From Candidatus Bathyarchaeia archaeon (GTDB taxonomy: Archaea > Thermoproteota > Bathyarchaeia > Bathyarchaeales > Bathycorpusculaceae): DNA of 64,000 nucleotides. Shown piece after piece: positions 40,274-49,560 of this stretch. Numbering within the stretch: position 1 is the stretch's first letter; every line of letters begins with the position of its first letter. The position numbers and the translations under genes are program-made. The stretch lies in assembly GCA_038882655.1 (NCBI GenBank), contig JAVZNT010000002.1, forward strand, positions 32,001 through 96,000. Direction: 5' to 3'. Under the pieces are notes generated by a model. It was given only the letters and a program-made list of their open reading frames with translations, was not told the DNA's origin and searched no databases.

Positions 40274-40609
40274 TTGTTGGAAGATAGTCGTGGAAAGTTG
40301 TTGGTTTACGTTTCAAATGCTGGAACTCATAGAGAAAGGCGGAAAGCAGTGAGCGTTGCTGTTGAGAAGACTGCTAGAATGTTGAATTTGGGGGTTGAGG
40401 TTGTTCCATTAAAAGACGCAAGGGCACCAACCTACGTTTACTATAAGGATGGTGAGAACGAGCCCGTTCCACTTTACTGCGACAAGGAAAACAAAGATAG
40501 CATAGAAAAAGTTTGCACGGCATTAAGGAGCATGATGTTTGTCTTGTCTTTCCATCCAAAATTTTCGGCTTTAAAAAAGGTTAGAAAACAGATTATACGC
40601 TTTTCCTAA
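40274..40609 (+). CDS. Hypothetical protein
   Basis: 111-aa ORF with GGAGG upstream; MFVLSFHP C-terminal motif. Confidence 0.65.
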   Translation: MLEDSRGKLLVYVSNAGTHRERRKAVSVAVEKTARMLNLGVEVVPLKDARAPTYVYYKDGENEPVPLYCDKENKDSIEKVCTALRSMMFVLSFHPKFSALKKVRKQIIRFS

Positions 40610-40919
40610 ACTTTATGGACTGATTTTCAAGGGTTATCTCATAAATCTGATTAACATCGAAGTCTATGCCCAAACTCTCGTATTCCTGCTCTGTTAGGAA
40701 AAGTATTATCTTCGGAATTGTAAACTGCACGCGCCCCGGAAAGATTGGCAGTTGCTGTTGAAGGGCTTGGAGAACGTCTTGCACAACTTTTGCCTCTTCG
40801 GTTTGGGGTCTAATGGCAAACTGTGGGATTGGGCGTTCCTCAACAAGCTCTATGCGTTTCCCAAGGTTTCCATCAATGTCGCGAATTGACTCAATTTTGT
40901 TCACTCTAACACGAAACAT
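40593..40919 (-). CDS. Arcadin-1 family protein
   Basis: D..G..GKRIELVEE, PKIILFLTEQEYE.LG and EI..EN..I motifs match my recollection of Pyrobaculum arcadin-1. Confidence 0.7.
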   Translation of the reverse strand: MFRVRVNKIESIRDIDGNLGKRIELVEERPIPQFAIRPQTEEAKVVQDVLQALQQQLPIFPGRVQFTIPKIILFLTEQEYESLGIDFDVNQIYEITLENQSIKFRKSV

Positions 40920-40976
40920 GTTCATCCACGAAGAAGAGCGCATAACAGCTATTTAAGGGCTTTAGGCGTTATCTGC

Positions 40977-42179
40977 CTATTCCATTTCGATGGTGGCTGG
41001 AGGCTTAGGCGTAACATCATAGTAAACCGCTGAAACATTTGGACACTTTTCAATAATCTCGTTTGCCGCCCTCTCCAGAACCTTCCAAGATATTTCTGAA
41101 ACCTGTGCTGTTAGGAAGTCTTTTGTCTGCACGGCTCTTATGCTTATCACGTAGGGCTTTTTCTCTGGCGTTTCCTTAACAGCGTAGAGCACCCTTGTTA
41201 TTGTCGGGTTTTCGCTGGTTATCCTCGCCTGCAACGAGATAAGCTTCGGTATATCAGCTTGGTAGACTTTGCTCTCCGCCGTTTCAGCCTTTACACCAAC
41301 TACTTTTCCGTAACGCCTCTCACCGCCCTTCACGCCTGTAGCTTTGTCTCTGAAAATCTTCACGTGAACATTCCGTGATGGCACGTTTAAGAGACGCGCC
41401 GCTGTTTCCTTCACGTGGGATGTTGAAGGCTCCACTGGCGCCTCCTCGTTGTCTATGATTGCCGCGAAGTACTGACTTGGCTTATACTCAGCGAGGGCGC
41501 TTTCAACTATTGTTGTCGTCCTTTTCAACGCCTCCAACTTGTCCAAGCGGATTTCGCCCACAACTCGAACTGATAAGCCTGGTCCCGGGAAAGGTTGCCT
41601 CTCAGAAGCTTCTGGCGGCAAGCCTAGATGTCTAGCAACCATCCGCACTTGCTCCTTGTAAAGCGTCAACAACGGTTCAACAACTTTGAAACCGAATCTT
41701 TCCATGGGGTTTATGCCTATCTGCTCCAAAACATTGTGCTGGGTTTTCACGCCGCCAACAGTCTCCACAACGTCCGCGCGGATTGTACCCTGCACAAGAA
41801 CACGGCAATTTTCCTTCTTCGCTGTTTCACTCAGGACTGTGTAGAAGGTTTCACGGAACTTTTTTCGCTTTTCCTCTGCATCGTGTAAGCCTTTCATGGC
41901 GTTTAAGAAGCGCTCTTGAACATTAACTATTTTAACTGGCACTTTGAATGGTTCTTTGTAAAGGATTTCGGCAACTCTTTCTGGTTCGCCCTCCCGCATG
42001 AAGGCGTCGTCTAAAATCACGCAGACGAGGTTTTCGCCTATAGCCCTGCGGGTTAGAACAGCACATGTTGTGCTGTCGACTCCGCCAGAAACCGCCACTA
42101 ATGCCTTTTCATTGCCTATAGCCTTCTTTATCTCTATGACTTGCGCTTCAACAAATTTTTCTGGGTTAAAGCTTTCCAT
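40977..42179 (-). CDS. guaAB: GMP synthase, ATP pyrophosphatase subunit, with extended C-terminal region
   Basis: SGGVDS, QGTI..D, KTQHNV, PFPGPGL, YDVTPKPPATIE. Confidence 0.9.
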   Translation of the reverse strand: MESFNPEKFVEAQVIEIKKAIGNEKALVAVSGGVDSTTCAVLTRRAIGENLVCVILDDAFMREGEPERVAEILYKEPFKVPVKIVNVQERFLNAMKGLHDAEEKRKKFRETFYTVLSETAKKENCRVLVQGTIRADVVETVGGVKTQHNVLEQIGINPMERFGFKVVEPLLTLYKEQVRMVARHLGLPPEASERQPFPGPGLSVRVVGEIRLDKLEALKRTTTIVESALAEYKPSQYFAAIIDNEEAPVEPSTSHVKETAARLLNVPSRNVHVKIFRDKATGVKGGERRYGKVVGVKAETAESKVYQADIPKLISLQARITSENPTITRVLYAVKETPEKKPYVISIRAVQTKDFLTAQVSEISWKVLERAANEIIEKCPNVSAVYYDVTPKPPATIEME

Positions 42180-42202
42180 ACGACTTCGAACTCCTTCAAC
42201 TT

Positions 42203-42646
42203 TTAGGTGATTAACTGATTTACTATTTCGCGGTTTATGTATTTACCGCCCCTAGGCACTTTTAAAACACCGGAAAGCCTTTTAAGCGCTTCAAAAGAGA
42301 CGGGGGTTTCAAGTTCACAGAAGTTTGTGAACCTTATAAACGTGGCTTTCCTCCTACCTTTTAGAAAAGCTAGATATTCCGTGTAAGAGTTTATGCATGT
42401 TTCATCGCCATATTTTTCCCAAAGTTCTTTAGAGTCGCCAGCGGCTCGCTCTAGGAAATCTGCAACTCCCTTAATCTGCATTGACGGACGCTTAACATAA
42501 AACAATAATTTTTCAGCCCTTTTTGGTCCGACAAGGTTTCTCCGAACAAAAGCGTGGGTTTTCTCGCCGCGTTTACACCTTTCACAAAGCCTACTCCACC
42601 ACTTCTCGTCAGAGAGCAAAATAAACCCGTACCGTTCATCCGTCAA
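42203..42646 (-). CDS. PUA-superfamily (EVE/ASCH-like) domain protein
   Basis: W near N-terminus, LLFYV..P...I.G.A, LWEKYG pattern. Confidence 0.6.
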   Translation of the reverse strand: MTDERYGFILLSDEKWWSRLCERCKRGEKTHAFVRRNLVGPKRAEKLLFYVKRPSMQIKGVADFLERAAGDSKELWEKYGDETCINSYTEYLAFLKGRRKATFIRFTNFCELETPVSFEALKRLSGVLKVPRGGKYINREIVNQLIT

Positions 42647-42902
42647 ACCAGCAAACCACCTTGCATCAACATGGTTATTTAGGTTTTAGAAATAATATTT
42701 TTGGTTAAATCACGCCCACCGCCCGAACAAAATTTCACTTTTTAGGCATCAAAAACCAAAAGGAAGCCAGACGAGTTTGAAATAGATTTTTAAAAACAGC
42801 CATCCGTTTAAGCTTGAAAAGTGCGGAAAAGCCCCTCTCCTTGACCGTTAAAGTTTTTCTACATCACCGTGTCATTTTCTTTAGCGGATAGGAGGGTTTC
42901 CT

Positions 42903-43250
42903 CTGAAGCTAGATGAGGCGAAAGCCTTAGCCGACGCTTTAAACGAGTTAAATGATAGCTATGCCGATTTTCTTCAGTCCTTAAGTGGCACAGTAAGAGA
43001 GGCGAAAGCTTCAAAAAAGCTTTGGAAAAACGGCAACAAGCCATGGCTCATTAAGCTGGGCTTAGCCCTAATAGTTTTTCCAGAACCCGTCCTAAGCGAT
43101 GTGTTGGGAAGTCTCCTAATAGCTGCTGGAACTGTTCAAGAGGGAATTCGCCGCCGCGCCATACACGTTGAGGACATACCTAAAACATTTCAAAACGTTA
43201 TGAAGGAGCTTAGGGCTTCGGAGGAGCACACAATTGGAAAGTTTGTTTAA
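42903..43250 (+). CDS. Hypothetical membrane-associated protein with CTG start (not in ORF track)
   Basis: Open frame of 115 codons (KLDEAKALADALNELN...WLIKLGLALIVFPEPVLSDVLGSLLIAAG...GKFV) after in-frame TAG 42882; GGAGGG lies 6 nt before the CTG. Confidence 0.7.
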   Translation: MKLDEAKALADALNELNDSYADFLQSLSGTVREAKASKKLWKNGNKPWLIKLGLALIVFPEPVLSDVLGSLLIAAGTVQEGIRRRAIHVEDIPKTFQNVMKELRASEEHTIGKFV

Positions 43251-43266
43251 ATCTTATATTTAGAGC

Positions 43267-43284
43267 ATGTTATAAGTATAACAT
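43267..43284. promoter_or_regulatory. Perfect inverted repeat ATGTTATA-AG-TATAACAT, candidate RHH operator
   Basis: 8-bp arms, 18 nt upstream of the RHH gene ATG. Confidence 0.6.
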
Positions 43285-43302
43285 ATTTAGGGGCGGAGAA
43301 GC

Positions 43303-43455
43303 ATGAAACTCGTAACGGTGCTGTTACCCGAAGCCTATTTGGAAGGATTAGATGAGCTAGTAAGGGCGAACATGTATCCGAGCAGAAGCGCAGCAATAAG
43401 GTCTGCTGTCAGAGACTTGCTCAAAAAAGAGCTTTGGGAAAGGAAGGAACGCTAA
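43303..43455 (+). CDS. Small ribbon-helix-helix (CopG/CdrS-like) transcription factor (not in ORF track)
   Basis: MKLVTVLLPEAYLEGLDELVRANMYPSRSAAIRSAVRDLLKKELWERKER. Confidence 0.9.
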   Translation: MKLVTVLLPEAYLEGLDELVRANMYPSRSAAIRSAVRDLLKKELWERKER

Positions 43456-43470
43456 CCCCATAATCCCCTT

Positions 43471-44241
43471 TCATTTAATGCTCATGGCAATGTCCCTAAT
43501 CCTTTTGGCTGTTTCAGCCGGATTCTCAGAAAGAGTTATCGCCCGCCCCACAATGAGGTAATAGGCTCCAGCCTTTAGGGCAGATTCTATCTCGCCTCCT
43601 TGGACGCCTACGCCGGGCGAATAAATTGGGGTTCTCCCGCCGAGAACCGCATGCACTTCTCTTATTTTTTCAGGGTAGGTGGCTCCAACCACAACACCGT
43701 CTGCACCCCATTTTAGGGCTTTTTCTGCAAAAACAACGTATTGTGACTTTTTCTGTCCACTTTCTGTGTCCACTACAATCTGTCCGTAGCCTTCTTCAGC
43801 GCCTTTATGGCTCATGTAGGCAAGCAAGATAACGCCTTTGCGCCAATTTTTTGCAACTTCGAAGATTGGTTTTAGGCCCTCCTCCCATCCAACGAAGGGG
43901 TTGGCAATTAAAGCGTCAAAGCCAGCCTCATAATAGTATTCGGCTATTACTTGGTTTGTTGAACCTATGTCGTTTACCTTGCAGTCCATTATTGTGAGGA
44001 GACCTTTTTCATGCGCCTTTTCTAAGAGTTTTTGGATGCCGTTGAAGATTCCCAGTGGCAGAACCAAGTGATGGTTTATTTTGACAGCGCAAATGTAGGG
44101 ACTTACAGCCTCAATAATGTTTTCCGCCCTTTTGTAGAAGCTTTTGCGGTTTTCCGGCTTTTCGTAAGGAAAGTCTAAAGCCAGAACAATGTTTGACTCC
44201 CTTTTTCTGGCGGCTTCAGCCATTTTCTCTCGGAAAGACAA
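43471..44241 (-). CDS. pyrF: Orotidine 5'-phosphate decarboxylase
   Basis: LALD, DCKVNDIGST, VVGAT, SPGVG.QGG, IVGRAI. Confidence 0.93.
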   Translation of the reverse strand: MSFREKMAEAARKRESNIVLALDFPYEKPENRKSFYKRAENIIEAVSPYICAVKINHHLVLPLGIFNGIQKLLEKAHEKGLLTIMDCKVNDIGSTNQVIAEYYYEAGFDALIANPFVGWEEGLKPIFEVAKNWRKGVILLAYMSHKGAEEGYGQIVVDTESGQKKSQYVVFAEKALKWGADGVVVGATYPEKIREVHAVLGGRTPIYSPGVGVQGGEIESALKAGAYYLIVGRAITLSENPAETAKRIRDIAMSIK

Positions 44242-44259
44242 GCCTAAAGCACCAAGAAC

Positions 44260-44958
44260 CTATTTTGGAGTTGCACTAAAAACCTTTATCATCTCTATTT
44301 CTCCGCCGCAGCACACCTTAATGTATTCTAGGGCTGTTTTCACCGCCTCTTCAAGTTGCTGGTGGGTTATTCCCGGCGCACCGTACGCCACTAAAAGTAT
44401 TTTCTTTGTTTCTGGTGTGATTTTTGTCTGGTCTGCGTCTCTGTGGGGGTATATGCACAAAACCCTTATGGTGTCAGCGAAAACAAGCATGTTGCTTTTT
44501 AAAGCCATTGGCTTTTCCATTCCAATGCCCGCAAACGCCTCACCTTTTTCAGCAAACCGCACATTGAAGGGCGGATGGAGCGCGCCCCTGTCGAAACCGC
44601 TTATCGGGATTATCGTCTTCATAGAAGCCAAATTGTAGGCGTCCACAGCCGTTGAAATGGGTGGAAGCTCGCCGCCATGCAAAACTCGCCTCAGCAGCGC
44701 TTCACCAGAAGGTCTCGTTTTAGTTGGGTCTATGCCTAGTTGCCAGTAAAAGTCTCTGTAGGCTCTAACGGTTGGGTTTTCCTTGAGCCCCTCCACACTA
44801 TGTTGAGCTCTGGCTTCCGCGTATAAGGCTTTTTTAAGCTCTTTTATTTTCTGGTTTTCCCTTTCCACCCTAACGTTGTTTATTGTTCCTATGCTTATGG
44901 CTAGTTGTGGAAATTTTGAGGCAACTTCGGCGCACCAGTAAACTGTGACGGGCTGCAT
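44260..44958 (-). CDS. Stand-alone B3/4 domain protein (PheRS editing domain-like)
   Basis: YRDFYW..GIDPTKTRPSGEALLRR, VDAYN. Confidence 0.88.
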   Translation of the reverse strand: MQPVTVYWCAEVASKFPQLAISIGTINNVRVERENQKIKELKKALYAEARAQHSVEGLKENPTVRAYRDFYWQLGIDPTKTRPSGEALLRRVLHGGELPPISTAVDAYNLASMKTIIPISGFDRGALHPPFNVRFAEKGEAFAGIGMEKPMALKSNMLVFADTIRVLCIYPHRDADQTKITPETKKILLVAYGAPGITHQQLEEAVKTALEYIKVCCGGEIEMIKVFSATPK

Positions 44959-45040
44959 TTTGCTCAGCTAATAACTTCAGTGATAAGGTTAAATATTTTT
45001 AATGGCTTAGGCAGTCTTCCTTTGAAGTTGGCTGTCTGAA

Positions 45041-45943
45041 ATGATTGGCGAGTTGGCTGCCCTTGGGGCGGCCTTATGCTGGACCTTTTCAGCCGTGCTT
45101 TACAAGAAGGCTTTAGCTGAGACAAAGCCTATACCGGCGAATGTTGTGCGATGTGCTGGGACAAGTCTTGTTCTTGTTTTGTTTTTCGCTCTATTTGGGA
45201 AAATTCATGTTTTCGCAAGTTTGCCGGTTCACGTGATTCTTTTAGCCTCTATCAGTGGCATAATCGGGTTGGGGTTAGGTGACACGCTTTACATGAACAG
45301 TCTTGAAATTCTTGGAGTTGCACGGGCTGTTCCAATAACGTGCACGTATCCCCTTTTCAGTCTTGTTTGGGCTTACTTTTTCGCAGGCGAAATCATCACG
45401 CTACCGGTTGTCCTTGGCGCTTTAGCAATTGTTTTTGGAATTTGGCTTTTAACTAGCGGAGAAGAAAAGTACAAAATAAACAATAACGGGCGTTGGATTA
45501 AGCTTCGCATTAGAGGTTTTGTCTTTGCATTGACAACGGCTATTGCATGGTCTGTTAGCATTTCAATGATTAATTTGGCTGTTAAAGCATCTTCTGGTTT
45601 GGAGCAAGCCTACGCCATAAACACCCTTCGACTCGTGGCGGTGGCAGTTTTTCTGATAGCTTTAGTACCCTTTGGCAGTGTGAAACGTTTCGTTCGAGGG
45701 ATGCTGTTGAAGACTGCGGGTATGCTCTTGGCTGGAGGCTTAATAGCCATAGGATTGGGATGGTTCTTTTTAACAACCAGCTTCATTTACATTCCCGAGG
45801 CGCAAGCCGTGCCAATATCTTCGACAACACCTTTGTTTTCGGCTTTGTCGGGCGTGGTTTTTCTACGGGAAAAGGTTACGGCTAGAATTGCTATAGGCTC
45901 CATCATGGTTGTGGCTGGAATCTTTTTGGTCTTCGTAGATTAG
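45041..45943 (+). CDS. DMT/EamA family transporter
   Basis: 10 TM in two repeats; PLFS and FLREK motifs. Confidence 0.9.
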   Translation: MIGELAALGAALCWTFSAVLYKKALAETKPIPANVVRCAGTSLVLVLFFALFGKIHVFASLPVHVILLASISGIIGLGLGDTLYMNSLEILGVARAVPITCTYPLFSLVWAYFFAGEIITLPVVLGALAIVFGIWLLTSGEEKYKINNNGRWIKLRIRGFVFALTTAIAWSVSISMINLAVKASSGLEQAYAINTLRLVAVAVFLIALVPFGSVKRFVRGMLLKTAGMLLAGGLIAIGLGWFFLTTSFIYIPEAQAVPISSTTPLFSALSGVVFLREKVTARIAIGSIMVVAGIFLVFVD

Positions 45944-45961
45944 CCCCCGTTTTTCATAAGT

Positions 45962-47056
45962 TTGTTGAAAAGGTTTATATGGTTGAACCTTGAATCCTCG
46001 GTGTGGGTCGTGGAGACCCAACTTAGTGAGATTGGAAAAATTTCTGAAAAACAAAGCGTAAAACCCCTTTCCATTCTGAAGGAGACAGAGAATCGCCACA
46101 AACTGCTTTCAAAGCCAGAATTGTCAGCTGTTGTCAAGATTGAGGCAAGTCTGCTGAAGGGTGCTAGGCGCTACTTTGAAGAACACGGCTTCGTCGAGAT
46201 TGTTGTTCCCCACTTAACAAGGGCGACTGGCGCGTGTGAAAATATCGCCACAATGTTTGAGGTGGACTATTTTGGCAGAAGACGATACTTAAGCCAAACA
46301 GCCCAGCTCTACTTAGAGGTTTTAACGCCTTTCCTTGGCAAGGTCTGGTGTATTGGACCCAGTTTCAGGGCTGAGCCTTCAGTGGACGAGCGCCACTTGG
46401 TGGAGTTCAACTTAATAGAGTTGGAGTTCGCCGGAGACTTTAGGCAACTTCTAGAGCACATTGAAGGCGTAATATGTTCGATGGTGGGCTGTGTGCTTGC
46501 CGAACGCGGGAAGGAGCTGGAGCTTCTAGGCGTGGATTTGGAACGTTTAAAACGGGTTAGGAAGCCCTTCGAAAAAATAACCTACACGGAAGCTGTTGGC
46601 TTGCTGGCTGATTATGGCGTCAAATGGGGCGACGACCTAAAAAGCATGCATGAAAAAGCTCTTGTCCAGATGGTTGGCAATAAGCCACTGTTTGTAACTC
46701 ACTTTCCAAAAGCCATAAAATTTTTCAACATGCGGGAAAACGACGAAAACCCAAACATCGTCAACAGCGCCGATTTGCTTCTGCCCATGAGTGGGGAAGC
46801 CGTCGGAGCAGCGGAAAGGGAATACCGCTACGAGAGGCTTTACGAGAGGCTTGTCAACTCAACAATGTTTAGGCAGCTTGTCGAAAAGGGCGGAAGCATA
46901 GAAGACTTTGACTGGTACTTGGAATTTTACAAGGAACACAGCGTTTTACATTCTGGCTGTGGCATAGGGCTAAACAGAGTAACACAGTTTGTCTTAGGCG
47001 ATGATGACATTCGGGCGACCACAGCGTTTCCGCTGAACAAAGAATCAATCCTATAA
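45962..47056 (+). CDS. Archaeal asparagine synthetase A (AsnRS-like, no anticodon-binding domain)
   Basis: Class II aaRS motifs YLSQTAQLYLE, SFRAE, RHLVEF and GCGIGLNR without an OB domain; true start may be GTG 46010. Confidence 0.8.
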   Translation: MLKRFIWLNLESSVWVVETQLSEIGKISEKQSVKPLSILKETENRHKLLSKPELSAVVKIEASLLKGARRYFEEHGFVEIVVPHLTRATGACENIATMFEVDYFGRRRYLSQTAQLYLEVLTPFLGKVWCIGPSFRAEPSVDERHLVEFNLIELEFAGDFRQLLEHIEGVICSMVGCVLAERGKELELLGVDLERLKRVRKPFEKITYTEAVGLLADYGVKWGDDLKSMHEKALVQMVGNKPLFVTHFPKAIKFFNMRENDENPNIVNSADLLLPMSGEAVGAAEREYRYERLYERLVNSTMFRQLVEKGGSIEDFDWYLEFYKEHSVLHSGCGIGLNRVTQFVLGDDDIRATTAFPLNKESIL

Positions 47057-47120
47057 TCCACCCACATCCTCTCTTTCTTTTTACTACTATACCCTAAAAG
47101 CGGTACAGTTTTATACTGGC

Positions 47121-47936
47121 ATGTTTCTAGAGGTGAAACTTGGCGGACTGGAAGGGAAAGGCGTTCACATGTCTGTATCTCCAAGCGTTCGCGAAGTTCT
47201 TGCTAGGCGGATTGCTGGCGAGATTATCCTCTCCAACAAGCCGGGAGCCACTATGCGGAAGTGGCGGGAGCTCTTCGGTGTTTCCCAGACAACACTTTCG
47301 GATAAGATGATTCTTTCGCCTTCTGTAATAAGTGACTATGAAAGCGGGAGACGGAAAAGTCCGGGAACAAAGTTTGTGCGCCGTTTTGTTTGGGCACTGT
47401 TGAAGATTGATGAGGAGCGTGGGAGCCGCTTCATCCGCGAATTCGCAAAACTCACAAGTTCGCCAAGTATGGCTGTTGTGGATTTGCGGGAGTTCCCCAT
47501 CCCAGTGCGCGTGGAATATTTGTGTAAAGCCATTAAAGGCGAGATTGTGGCTTGTTCCAGCCTAAACGTTAGGGATGTTTTGGGCTATACGGTTGTGGAC
47601 AGCAAGAAGACCATTGAGACGCTTTCGGGTTTTGAGTATTCCCAGCTTTTCGGCGCCACAACAGAGCGCGCATTAATCTTCACTAATATTGGGGATGAGA
47701 ACTCGCCTATGATGCTTGTCCGCATGAGCAGCCTAAAACCAAAAGTCGTTGTTTTTCATGGCGCGAAGCCAGACGAATATTCTATTAGACTTGCGGAGTA
47801 CGACCGCATACCTCTAATTTATTCGGCTCTGCCAACGGTTGAGCAGCTTGTAAAGTCCCTAAGGAAGCTTTACCGCATAGCCCTAAGAAGGAAGCTTGGC
47901 AAAGCAGTCCGCCCACCCCCAAAAGTAAGCACATAA
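47121..47936 (+). CDS. XRE-family transcriptional regulator (COG1709-like)
   Basis: IAGEI, RKWRELF, SVISDYESGRRKSPG, ERALIFT. Confidence 0.85.
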   Translation: MFLEVKLGGLEGKGVHMSVSPSVREVLARRIAGEIILSNKPGATMRKWRELFGVSQTTLSDKMILSPSVISDYESGRRKSPGTKFVRRFVWALLKIDEERGSRFIREFAKLTSSPSMAVVDLREFPIPVRVEYLCKAIKGEIVACSSLNVRDVLGYTVVDSKKTIETLSGFEYSQLFGATTERALIFTNIGDENSPMMLVRMSSLKPKVVVFHGAKPDEYSIRLAEYDRIPLIYSALPTVEQLVKSLRKLYRIALRRKLGKAVRPPPKVST

Positions 47937-47962
47937 ACATGCGTCTAGGCGAGGTTTAGGCC

Positions 47963-48877
47963 TTGATAAAGGTTGGGTGTTGCGGCTTCCCAACATCCAT
48001 GAAACGCTACTTCGAAAACTACAACCTAGTGGAGCTGAACAGCACATTCTACGAGTATCCAAGGCTGGAAACTGTCGTGGGATGGCGGGAAAAAGCACCG
48101 GAAAACTTCGAATTCACGGTTAAAGCCCACCAAGACATAAGCCACAAGGCGAAAATGCGACTAGACGAAACAAGCCAGCAAGCCTTCGAAACCATGAAAA
48201 AAATATGCAAAACATTAAAGGCAAAAATACTGTTGATTCAAACACCGGGCTCCTTCCGCCCAGACAAGCTCGGTGAAGCAGAAAAATTCTTTAGAGCTGT
48301 GGATCGTGAAGGTTTAACGCTTGTTTGGGAAACCCGCGGATCGGAATGGGAGAAACCAGAAGTTTATGAGAGGCTAAGGCAGGTTTTAAGTAGCCTTGAC
48401 ATTGTGCATGTGACAGACCCGTTTAGGGTTTTGCCAGCCTACATAAGCCAAACCGCCTATTTCAGACTGCACGGCTTAGGCGAAGGACTATACTACTACC
48501 AGTATACAGACGAAGAGCTGAAGCGGCTTGCAGAAACCGCCAAAACCTTCGAAGCGAAGGGCAAAACGGTCTATGTGCTTTTCAATAACCTCGCCATGTT
48601 CGATGATGGGTTACGCTTTACGCAGTACCTTTCAAGCGAAAGATTCCCAAAAATCACGGGCTCTGTTGGCTTGGAATCTGTAAAAAGCGTGATTAAAAAA
48701 ACACGTTATCCAGCGCCGAAAAGCATGTTGGTTAAGAAGGTTGGCTGGAGGCTTGTGGAAATAGAAGAAGGCAAACAGGTTAGGCTTGCGGAGCTGCTGG
48801 CGGAACTGCCATCAAAAACGTATAAAAACGCGGAAGAGCTCCTAAAAAAGTTGAAAGCCGCTAAAAAGCTGGACTAA
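47963..48877 (+). CDS. DUF72 family protein
   Basis: VGCCGF, VELNSTFY, FTVKA, YFRLHG, FNN. Confidence 0.9.
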   Translation: MIKVGCCGFPTSMKRYFENYNLVELNSTFYEYPRLETVVGWREKAPENFEFTVKAHQDISHKAKMRLDETSQQAFETMKKICKTLKAKILLIQTPGSFRPDKLGEAEKFFRAVDREGLTLVWETRGSEWEKPEVYERLRQVLSSLDIVHVTDPFRVLPAYISQTAYFRLHGLGEGLYYYQYTDEELKRLAETAKTFEAKGKTVYVLFNNLAMFDDGLRFTQYLSSERFPKITGSVGLESVKSVIKKTRYPAPKSMLVKKVGWRLVEIEEGKQVRLAELLAELPSKTYKNAEELLKKLKAAKKLD

Positions 48878-49488
48878 ACAGCCAAGCCCAACTCCAGAAT
48901 TTTCGCCTTCAGCAGTCTAAAGTCTCCGATGAGTAGTTGCTTGTATTTGGCGCTGTAAAGCCCAGCTGCCGGATGCATTGTTGGAAAAACCACCACAACC
49001 AAACCTAACACATTCGCGTTGTAAAATTTTCCCCTAGCCTCCGTTATGCCTCGAAAGGGTATTCCAGCCTTTGCGAAAATGTAGGCTGTTGAATAATTCC
49101 CAAGAGTGACTATGAGTTTTGGCTTTATAGTCCTTATCTGCCGTTCCAAGAATGGTGTGCAAGCCTCAATTTCGGCCGGTGCTGGCTCGCGGTTTGCGGG
49201 CGGGCGGCACTTCAAAACATTCCCAATAAAGACCTGATTCCGCAAAAGACCAGCCTCAGCCAAAAGCGTATCCAGAAACTTTCCAGCAGCCCCAACGAAG
49301 GGTTTGCCCTTAACGTCTTCCCAGTAGCCCGGCGCTTCACCCACGAACAGCACTTTTGCATTTGGGTCACCATCGCCCGGAACAGCGTTTTTGCGGGCTC
49401 TCCAAAGACCACACCGTGTGCAACCCTTAACTTCTGAAGCAATAGCCTCGATAACCGCTTTTATAGACAAGTCAAGGCACTCCAGCAA
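48874..49488 (-). CDS. udg: Family 4 uracil-DNA glycosylase
   Basis: CTRC, GEAPG, PFVG, NVLKCRPP.NR, HPAA. Confidence 0.93.
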   Translation of the reverse strand: MLECLDLSIKAVIEAIASEVKGCTRCGLWRARKNAVPGDGDPNAKVLFVGEAPGYWEDVKGKPFVGAAGKFLDTLLAEAGLLRNQVFIGNVLKCRPPANREPAPAEIEACTPFLERQIRTIKPKLIVTLGNYSTAYIFAKAGIPFRGITEARGKFYNANVLGLVVVVFPTMHPAAGLYSAKYKQLLIGDFRLLKAKILELGLAV

Positions 49489-49560
49489 TTAAGATAGTTA
49501 TGGGCAAAATATTTATTAGCATTGTTAATCTTGCCGTATGAATGTTGGAGGCTTCAATTC

